From Escherichia coli (GTDB lineage Bacteria > Pseudomonadota > Gammaproteobacteria > Enterobacterales > Enterobacteriaceae), in assembly GCF_029227855.1 (NCBI RefSeq), contig NZ_CP074356.1: DNA of 64,000 nt. One strand, given 5' to 3'. This document shows, one piece after another, positions 56,638-64,000 of this stretch; the stretch's first letter is position 1, and each line of letters begins with the position of its first letter. A model generated the notes under the pieces. That model saw nothing but the letters and a program-made list of their open reading frames with translations, was not told the DNA's origin and ran no database searches. The translations under genes and the position numbers were made by a program.

Positions 56638-57870
56638 ATGGCAAAGGTATCGCTGGAGAAAGACAAGATTAAGTTTCTGCTGGTAGAAGGCGTGCACCAA
56701 AAGGCGCTTGAAAGCCTTCGTGCAGCGGGTTACACCAACATCGAATTTCACAAAGGCGCGCTGGATGATGAACAATTAAAAGAATCCATCCGCGATGCCC
56801 ACTTCATCGGCCTGCGATCCCGTACCCATCTGACTGAAGACGTGATCAACGCCGCAGAAAAACTGGTCGCTATTGGCTGTTTCTGTATCGGAACAAACCA
56901 GGTTGATCTGGATGCGGCGGCAAAACGCGGTATCCCGGTATTTAACGCACCGTTCTCAAATACGCGCTCTGTTGCGGAGCTGGTGATTGGCGAACTGCTG
57001 CTGCTATTGCGCGGCGTGCCGGAAGCCAATGCTAAAGCGCACCGTGGCGTGTGGAACAAACTGGCGGCGGGTTCTTTTGAAGCGCGCGGCAAAAAGCTGG
57101 GTATCATCGGCTACGGTCATATTGGTACGCAATTGGGCATTCTGGCTGAATCGCTGGGAATGTATGTTTACTTTTATGATATTGAAAACAAACTGCCGCT
57201 GGGCAACGCCACTCAGGTACAGCATCTTTCTGACCTGCTGAATATGAGCGATGTGGTGAGTCTGCATGTACCAGAGAATCCGTCCACCAAAAATATGATG
57301 GGTGCGAAAGAGATTTCACTAATGAAGCCCGGCTCGCTGCTGATTAATGCTTCGCGCGGTACTGTGGTGGATATTCCGGCGCTGTGTGACGCGCTGGCGA
57401 GCAAACATCTGGCGGGGGCGGCAATCGACGTATTCCCGACGGAACCGGCAACCAATAGCGATCCATTTACCTCTCCGCTGTGTGAATTCGACAACGTCCT
57501 TCTGACGCCACACATTGGCGGTTCGACTCAGGAAGCGCAGGAGAATATCGGCCTGGAAGTTGCGGGTAAATTGATCAAGTATTCTGACAATGGCTCAACG
57601 CTCTCTGCGGTGAACTTCCCGGAAGTCTCGCTGCCACTGCACGGTGGGCGTCGTCTGATGCACATCCACGAAAACCGTCCGGGCGTGCTAACTGCGCTGA
57701 ACAAAATCTTCGCCGAGCAGGGCGTCAACATCGCCGCGCAATATCTACAAACTTCCGCCCAGATGGGTTATGTGGTTATTGATATTGAAGCCGACGAAGA
57801 CGTTGCCGAAAAAGCGCTGCAGGCAATGAAAGCTATTCCGGGTACCATTCGCGCCCGTCTGCTGTACTAA
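56638..57870 (+). CDS. serA: D-3-phosphoglycerate dehydrogenase (410 aa)
   Basis: MAKVSLEKDKIKFLLVEGVHQKALESLRAAGYTNIEFHKGALDDEQLKE...; C-terminal ACT domain. Confidence 0.95.
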   Translation: MAKVSLEKDKIKFLLVEGVHQKALESLRAAGYTNIEFHKGALDDEQLKESIRDAHFIGLRSRTHLTEDVINAAEKLVAIGCFCIGTNQVDLDAAAKRGIPVFNAPFSNTRSVAELVIGELLLLLRGVPEANAKAHRGVWNKLAAGSFEARGKKLGIIGYGHIGTQLGILAESLGMYVYFYDIENKLPLGNATQVQHLSDLLNMSDVVSLHVPENPSTKNMMGAKEISLMKPGSLLINASRGTVVDIPALCDALASKHLAGAAIDVFPTEPATNSDPFTSPLCEFDNVLLTPHIGGSTQEAQENIGLEVAGKLIKYSDNGSTLSAVNFPEVSLPLHGGRRLMHIHENRPGVLTALNKIFAEQGVNIAAQYLQTSAQMGYVVIDIEADEDVAEKALQAMKAIPGTIRARLLY

Positions 57871-57888
57871 TTCCCCTTCTCTGAAAAT

Positions 57889-57922
57889 CAACGGGCAGGT
57901 CACTGACTTGCCCGTTTTTTTA
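57889..57922 (+). terminator. Rho-independent terminator after serA
   Basis: acgggcaggtca-c-tgacttgcccgt followed by ttttttt. Confidence 0.75.
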
Positions 57923-58029
57923 TCCCTTCTCCACACTGTTGCCGCGTTGCGCATTCTACTTTGCGAGTCTGCTCCAGAAAATAAATCAAAGTCAGATCAA
58001 TGCATTGTGTTTATTTAATGGGGATTTAC

Positions 58030-58180
58030 GATGGCAGGACAGCACAGGGCTGTAACGGTAAAGCCCTCACCGAAGCGAGGGCTTGAAGGAGAAGGGTTAT
58101 GATGCGACTTGCCATCATACTGATTGTACTGTTACTCATAAGTTTCCCAGCTTATTAACAGTCAGTCACAGGGGAGGAGT
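58030..58180 (-). ncRNA. sibC: SibC antisense sRNA (type I antitoxin) overlapping ibsC; ends approximate
   Basis: Inferred from the ibsC ORF and flanking hairpins (aagccctc-accgaagc-gagggctt upstream; gggagga-gtaat-tcctccc downstream). Sib RNAs are encoded fully antisense to ibs ORFs. Boundaries not determinable by eye. Confidence 0.45.
58099..58158 (+). CDS. ibsC: Type I toxin IbsC (19-aa hydrophobic peptide)
   Basis: Hand-translated: MMRLAIILIVLLLISFPAY*, preceded by a strong SD (gaaggagaa); Ibs-family peptide in the serA-fau intergenic region where K-12 carries ibsC/sibC. Confidence 0.8.
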   Translation: MMRLAIILIVLLLISFPAY

Positions 58181-58258
58181 AATCCTCCCTTACCCTTACT
58201 CACTAAATTAGGTCAAAGAATCAACGATGTCAATCAGGGCGATGCAGGTGTGTCGCCC

Positions 58259-58807
58259 TCACCACTCCCAGACTTTCGACGGGGTAACCACCGCAGGCAG
58301 TGGGATATCCCACTCTTGAACGGGGAGTTTTTCCACCAACTGACAATCATGCGCATAACCCACCGGTTGCATTTTATAGTGCTGCCAGTTTTGTAAGGTC
58401 CGATCATAAAAACCACCGCCCATTCCCAGGCGCTGACCGTACTCATCAAAGGCGACCAGCGGTGTGATCAACACGTCTAATCGGGATAGGGGTAGCACGT
58501 CACGCACATCCAGTTTTGGCTCATGGATCTTCAACCTGTTCATCACCAGTTCGCTTTGCGGATGGTAATTCAGGAACAGCAAATTACCGGCACTAAAGGG
58601 ATGCAAAACTGGAAGATATACGCGCTTACCGGCGCGCCAGAGTTGTTCTATGAGTGGCTGGGTGTCGAGTTCGCCATCAAAAGAGAGGAATACAGCGACC
58701 GTATGTGCCATCACCACCGGGGGGTAAGTCATCATCCGGGTAGCGGCTTGTTGACCCATTTCCTGCTGTTGTTCCGGCGTTAACGCACGACGACGTTGCC
58801 GAATCAT
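58259..58807 (-). CDS. fau: 5-formyltetrahydrofolate cyclo-ligase (182 aa from MIRQRRR)
   Basis: ORF 58259..59005; protein from MIRQRRRALTPEQQQEMGQQAATRMMTYPPVV; the longer track ORF runs into ssrS, so the start is trimmed to the Met giving the 182-aa form. Confidence 0.85.
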   Translation of the reverse strand: MIRQRRRALTPEQQQEMGQQAATRMMTYPPVVMAHTVAVFLSFDGELDTQPLIEQLWRAGKRVYLPVLHPFSAGNLLFLNYHPQSELVMNRLKIHEPKLDVRDVLPLSRLDVLITPLVAFDEYGQRLGMGGGFYDRTLQNWQHYKMQPVGYAHDCQLVEKLPVQEWDIPLPAVVTPSKVWEW

Positions 58808-58879
58808 TTTGCGGATTTCTTGTCGGGATAATGTCTGTGGGAGTTCTGGTAGTTGCGTCATGGCTGGTGCCAGATAAGA

Positions 58880-59065
58880 AGGGAATCTCCGAGATGCCGC
58901 CGCAGGCTGTAACCCTTGAACCCTTGGTTCAAGGTGAATGTGTCGTCGCAGTTTTAAGGCTTCTCGGACGGACCGAGCATGCTCACCAACCGCGGAGCGC
59001 CACATTCTTGTGGTATGAAATATCGGCTCAGGGGACTGGCCCGCTTGCGAACATCTCAGAGAAAT
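58880..59065 (-). ncRNA. ssrS: 6S RNA (RNA polymerase sigma70-holoenzyme regulator)
   Basis: Reverse complement reads AUUUCUCUGAGAUGUUCGCAAGCGGGCCAGUCCCCUGAGCCGAUAUUUCAUACCACAAGAAUGUGGCGCUCCGCGG...GGAGAUUCCC, which matches the E. coli 6S RNA sequence as I recall it; lies between zapA and fau as in K-12. Confidence 0.88.
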
Positions 59066-59106
59066 TTTGTCTTCACGGTTACTCTACCACAGTAAACCGA
59101 AAAGTG

Positions 59107-59502
<396 letters not shown>

Positions 59503-59603
59503 CTATAGCTACCCTGATGAGAAGAGACAAGCCCTTTTCTGGTCCACCAGGGCCCAAAGTGGTAGCATATCATGAATATTCCTCCCTTTGACGACGAATG
59601 CTT

Positions 59604-60182
59604 ATGTCTATACAGAACGAAATGCCTGGTTACAACGAAATGAACCAGTATCTGAACCAACAAGGGACGGGTCTGACCCCTGCTGAGATGCATGGTTTAA
59701 TCAGTGGGATGATATGTGGCGGTAACGATGACAGCTCATGGCTGCCGCTACTTCACGACCTGACGAACGAAGGCATGGCTTTCGGTCATGAGCTGGCACA
59801 GGCACTGCGTAAAATGCACTCTGCCACCAGCGATGCCCTGCAGGATGACGGCTTCCTTTTTCAGCTTTATCTGCCTGATGGCGATGATGTCAGCGTTTTC
59901 GATCGGGCTGATGCGCTGGCAGGTTGGGTCAATCACTTCCTGCTTGGTCTTGGCGTTACGCAACCGAAGCTGGACAAAGTGACCGGCGAAACCGGTGAAG
60001 CCATCGACGATCTGCGTAACATCGCGCAGCTGGGCTACGACGAAGACGAAGATCAGGAAGAGCTTGAAATGTCGCTTGAAGAGATCATCGAATACGTTCG
60101 TGTTGCCGCGCTGTTATGCCACGACACCTTTACTCATCCGCAACCGACCGCGCCAGAAGTACAAAAACCGACTCTACACTAA
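59604..60182 (+). CDS. ygfB: UPF0149 protein YgfB (192 aa)
   Basis: ORF 59598..60182; protein from [40 protein letters not shown]; start trimmed. Confidence 0.88.
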
Positions 60183-60207
60183 AAACAAAAAACGTAAGGA
60201 GAGTGTT

Positions 60208-61533
60208 ATGAGTGAGATATCCCGGCAAGAGTTTCAGCGTCGCCGTCAGGCCCTGGTGGAGCAAATGCAACCCGGCAGCGCCGCGCTGATTTTTGCTGCA
60301 CCAGAAGTAACACGTAGCGCCGACAGCGAATACCCCTATCGTCAGAACAGTGACTTCTGGTACTTCACCGGCTTTAACGAACCGGAAGCGGTGCTGGTGC
60401 TGATTAAAAGCGATGACACTCATAACCACAGCGTTTTGTTTAACCGCGTTCGCGACCTGACGGCAGAGATCTGGTTTGGTCGTCGCTTAGGTCAGGATGC
60501 CGCGCCAGAGAAACTGGGTGTTGATCGCGCTCTGGCATTCAGCGAAATTAATCAGCAACTTTATCAACTACTTAATGGTCTGGATGTGGTTTACCACGCC
60601 CAGGGCGAATATGCATATGCTGATGAAATCGTGAACAGTGCGCTGGAAAAACTGCGTAAAGGCTCGCGGCAAAATCTTACCGCACCGGCAACGATGATCG
60701 ACTGGCGTCCCATTGTTCATGAAATGCGCCTGTTCAAATCGCCGGAAGAGATTGCCGTACTTCGCCGCGCGGGGGAAATTACCGCCTTGGCGCATACCCG
60801 GGCGATGGAAAAATGCCGTCCGGGAATGTTCGAGTACCATCTGGAAGGCGAAATTCACCACGAATTTAACCGCCACGGTGCGCGTTATCCGTCCTACAAC
60901 ACCATCGTCGGCAGCGGTGAAAACGGCTGCATTCTGCACTACACCGAAAACGAGAGTGAACTGCGCGACGGTGACCTGGTGTTGATTGACGCGGGTTGTG
61001 AATACAAAGGTTACGCGGGCGATATTACCCGCACCTTCCCGGTCAACGGCAAATTCACTCAGGCCCAGCGTGAAATCTACGACATTGTGCTGGAGTCTCT
61101 TGAAACCAGCCTGCGCCTGTATCGTCCGGGAACTTCCATGCAGGAAGTCACTGGTGAAGTGGTGCGTATCATGGTTAGCGGCCTGGTAAAACTCGGCATC
61201 CTGAAAGGTGATGTTGATGAACTGATCGCTCAGAACGCCCATCGTCCTTTCTTTATGCATGGCCTTAGCCACTGGTTAGGACTGGATGTCCATGACGTTG
61301 GCGTTTATGGTCAGGATCGCTCGCGCATTCTGGAACCTGGGATGGTACTGACCGTAGAGCCTGGTCTGTATATCGCGCCGGATGCGGATGTGCCAGAACA
61401 ATATCGCGGTATCGGCATTCGTATTGAAGACGACATTGTGATTACCGAAACCGGCAACGAAAACCTCACCGCCAGCGTGGTGAAAAAGCCGGAAGAAATC
61501 GAAGCGTTGATGGCTGCTGCGAGAAAGCAATGA
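60208..61533 (+). CDS. pepP: Xaa-Pro aminopeptidase (441 aa)
   Basis: ORF 59995..61533; protein from MSEISRQEFQRRRQALVEQMQPGSAALIFAAPEVTRSADSEYPYRQNSDFWYFTGF; start trimmed. Confidence 0.93.
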   Translation: MSEISRQEFQRRRQALVEQMQPGSAALIFAAPEVTRSADSEYPYRQNSDFWYFTGFNEPEAVLVLIKSDDTHNHSVLFNRVRDLTAEIWFGRRLGQDAAPEKLGVDRALAFSEINQQLYQLLNGLDVVYHAQGEYAYADEIVNSALEKLRKGSRQNLTAPATMIDWRPIVHEMRLFKSPEEIAVLRRAGEITALAHTRAMEKCRPGMFEYHLEGEIHHEFNRHGARYPSYNTIVGSGENGCILHYTENESELRDGDLVLIDAGCEYKGYAGDITRTFPVNGKFTQAQREIYDIVLESLETSLRLYRPGTSMQEVTGEVVRIMVSGLVKLGILKGDVDELIAQNAHRPFFMHGLSHWLGLDVHDVGVYGQDRSRILEPGMVLTVEPGLYIAPDADVPEQYRGIGIRIEDDIVITETGNENLTASVVKKPEEIEALMAAARKQ

Positions 61534-62708
61534 GCGTAATCATCGTCGGTGGCGGCATGGCGGGCGCGACGCTGGCGCTGGCTATTTCCCGGTTAAGTCA
61601 CGGGGCGCTGCCGGTACATTTGATTGAAGCGACTGCGCCAGAGTCACATGCTCATCCGGGCTTTGATGGACGAGCTATTGCGCTGGCGGCGGGTACCTGT
61701 CAGCAACTGGCGCGCATCGGCGTTTGGCAATCTCTGGCGGATTGCGCAACCGCCATCACCAGCGTGCATGTCAGCGATCGTGGTCATGCCGGATTCGTCA
61801 CCCTCGCCGCAGAAGATTACCAACTGGCGGCGCTGGGGCAGGTTGTCGAATTGCATAATGTCGGGCAACGGCTGTTTGCATTGCTGCGCAAAGCACCTGG
61901 CGTAACGCTGCATTGTCCTGATCGCGTGGCTAGCGTTGCCCGTACTCAGAGTCACGTTGAAGTGACGCTGGAGAGTGGCGAGACGCTGACGGGCCGCGTG
62001 CTGGTAGCAGCTGATGGCACCCATTCAGCGTTAGCCACCGCGTGCGGCGTTGACTGGCAGCAGGAGCCTTACGAACAACTGGCCGTGATTGCCAACGTTG
62101 CGACTTCCGTTGCGCACGAAGGCCGCGCTTTTGAACGCTTCACGAAACATGGCCCGCTGGCGATGTTGCCGATGTCTGACGGACGCTGTTCGCTGGTCTG
62201 GTGTCATCCACTGGAACGGCGCGAAGAGGTGCTGTCGTGGAGCGACGAGAAGTTTTGCCGTGAACTCCAGTCTGCCTTTGGCTGGCGACTGGGGCAAATT
62301 ACCCACGCCGGTAAACGCAGTGCTTATCCGCTGGCATTAACCCGCGCCGCCAGACCGATTACCCATCGCACTGTGCTGGTGGGCAATGCGGCGCAAACTC
62401 TGCACCCCATCGCCGGGCAAGGGTTCAACCTCGGTATGCGTGATGTGATGAGCCTTGCAGAAACCCTGACTCAGGCGCAGGAGCGCGGAGAAGACATGGG
62501 TGATTACGGCGTATTGTGCCGTTATCAGCAGCGTCGACAGAGCGATCGCGAAGCAACCATCGGCGTCACGGACAGCCTTGTACATCTTTTTGCCAACCGT
62601 TGGACCCCGCTGGTTGTCGGGCGCAACATCGGGCTGATGACGATGGAATTATTTACCCCGGCACGCGATGTGCTGGCGCAGCGCACCCTCGGTTGGGTGG
62701 CGCGTTGA
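61530..62708 (+). CDS. ubiH: 2-octaprenyl-6-methoxyphenol hydroxylase (FAD monooxygenase, 392 aa)
   Basis: MSVIIVGGGMAGATLALAISRLSHGALPVHLIEATAPESHAHPGFDGRAIALA...; 4-nt overlap with pepP stop. Confidence 0.93.
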   Translation: MSVIIVGGGMAGATLALAISRLSHGALPVHLIEATAPESHAHPGFDGRAIALAAGTCQQLARIGVWQSLADCATAITSVHVSDRGHAGFVTLAAEDYQLAALGQVVELHNVGQRLFALLRKAPGVTLHCPDRVASVARTQSHVEVTLESGETLTGRVLVAADGTHSALATACGVDWQQEPYEQLAVIANVATSVAHEGRAFERFTKHGPLAMLPMSDGRCSLVWCHPLERREEVLSWSDEKFCRELQSAFGWRLGQITHAGKRSAYPLALTRAARPITHRTVLVGNAAQTLHPIAGQGFNLGMRDVMSLAETLTQAQERGEDMGDYGVLCRYQQRRQSDREATIGVTDSLVHLFANRWTPLVVGRNIGLMTMELFTPARDVLAQRTLGWVAR

Positions 62709-62730
62709 AGGCGGTTTTAAGGAATAAACA

Positions 62731-63933
62731 ATGCAAAGTGTTGATGTAGCCATTGTTGGTGGCGGCATGGTGGGGCTGGCGGTTGCCTGCGGCTTACAGG
62801 GGAGCGGCTTACGCGTTGCCGTACTGGAGCAGCGCGTACCGGAACCTCTGGCGGCGGATGCACCACCACAACTGCGCGTTTCGGCTATCAATGCCGCCAG
62901 CGAAAAATTACTCACCCGTCTTGGCGTCTGGCAGGACATTCTCTCTCGTAGGGCCAGCTGTTATCACGGCATGGAAGTGTGGGATAAAGACAGCTTTGGT
63001 CACATTTCGTTTGACGATCAAAGCATGGGCTATAGCCATCTTGGGCATATCGTTGAAAATTCAGTGATTCACTACGCGCTGTGGAACAAAGCGCAGCAGT
63101 CGTCAGATATCACTCTGTTGGCCCCCGCAGAATTACAGCAGGTTGCCTGGGGAGAAAATGAAACCTTCCTGACGCTGAAAGATGGCAGCATGTTAACGGC
63201 GCGTCTGGTGATTGGCGCGGACGGCGCTAATTCCTGGTTGCGCAACAAAGCCGATATTCCGCTGACTTTCTGGGATTATCAGCATCACGCGCTGGTAGCG
63301 ACCATTCGCACGGAAGAACCGCATGATGCGGTGGCGCGGCAGGTTTTCCATGGCGAAGGCATTCTGGCCTTTTTACCGCTTAGCGATCCGCATCTTTGCT
63401 CGATTGTCTGGTCACTGTCGCCAGAGGAAGCGCAGCGTATGCAGCAGGCAGGGGAAGACGAATTTAATCGCGCGTTAAATATCGCTTTTGATAATCGCCT
63501 GGGCTTATGTAAGGTTGAGAGTGAGCGCCTTGTGTTCCCACTGACGGGGCGTTATGCGCGCCAATTTGCCGCGCACCGTCTGGCGTTGGTGGGCGACGCC
63601 GCGCATACCATTCACCCGCTGGCGGGGCAGGGCGTTAATCTCGGCTTTATGGATGCTGCAGAGCTGGTTGCTGAACTGAAACGGTTGCATCGTCAGGGGA
63701 AAGACATCGGGCAGTACATTTATCTGCGTCGCTATGAGCGTAGCCGCAAGCACAGTGCGGCGCTGATGCTGGCTGGTATGCAGGGATTCCGCGATCTGTT
63801 TTCCGGTACCAATCCGGCGAAAAAACTGCTGCGTGATATTGGTTTGAAACTGGCCGACACGCTTCCTGGCGTTAAACCACAACTTATCCGCCAGGCAATG
63901 GGATTAAACGATTTGCCTGAATGGCTGCGTTAA
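62731..63933 (+). CDS. ubiI: 2-octaprenylphenol hydroxylase (FAD monooxygenase, VisC, 400 aa)
   Basis: MQSVDVAIVGGGMVGLAVACGLQGSGLRVAVLEQRVPEPLAADAPPQLRVSAINAASE... Confidence 0.92.
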   Translation: MQSVDVAIVGGGMVGLAVACGLQGSGLRVAVLEQRVPEPLAADAPPQLRVSAINAASEKLLTRLGVWQDILSRRASCYHGMEVWDKDSFGHISFDDQSMGYSHLGHIVENSVIHYALWNKAQQSSDITLLAPAELQQVAWGENETFLTLKDGSMLTARLVIGADGANSWLRNKADIPLTFWDYQHHALVATIRTEEPHDAVARQVFHGEGILAFLPLSDPHLCSIVWSLSPEEAQRMQQAGEDEFNRALNIAFDNRLGLCKVESERLVFPLTGRYARQFAAHRLALVGDAAHTIHPLAGQGVNLGFMDAAELVAELKRLHRQGKDIGQYIYLRRYERSRKHSAALMLAGMQGFRDLFSGTNPAKKLLRDIGLKLADTLPGVKPQLIRQAMGLNDLPEWLR

Positions 63934-64000
63934 AAATTTCTCTTCTGCTGTTTATTTGATACCCATCACACTTTCATCTCCCGGTTTTTTCGCCGGGAGA

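Overview
This 64-kb window is a contiguous, gene-dense stretch of an Escherichia coli chromosome, recognisable gene-for-gene from the translated ORFs. It runs yqgA(partial)-speC-nupG-mltC-yggX-mutY-trmB-yggL-yggN-ansB-yggM-hemW-rdgB-yggUTS-yggR-ruvX-yqgE-gshB-rsmE-endA-sprT-galP-metK-yqgB-speA-speB-loiP-tktA-cmtBA-yggPFDC-epd-pgk-fbaA-mscS-argO-yggE-ygfI-scpCBA/argK-argP-rpiA-serA-ibsC/sibC-fau-ssrS-zapA-ygfB-pepP-ubiH-ubiI, which from memory matches the K-12 gene order in reverse orientation. Against this backbone, four segments look like strain-specific insertions, judged from my recollection of K-12 synteny and from locally AT-rich composition; none was checked by a search. They are an IS200 copy upstream of ansB, a three-gene TRAP transporter operon between yggM and hemW, an orphan lipoprotein gene between speA and speB, and an SPFH/band-7 membrane protein gene between tktA and cmtB. 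Small features that an ORF track misses are also present: the ibsC/sibC type I toxin-antitoxin locus, 6S RNA (ssrS), the 43-aa YqgB ORF and REP elements. I found no CRISPR array, tRNA or rRNA gene, prophage, or obvious multi-gene defence or secretion system. The most likely places for anything undescribed are the orphan lipoprotein and the SPFH protein, but each is a single gene and I cannot assign function from sequence alone. CDS coordinates come from the supplied ORF track, trimmed to the start codon that matches the protein N-terminus I recognise. Coordinates of RNA genes, repeats and hairpins were read by eye and may be off by a few bases.
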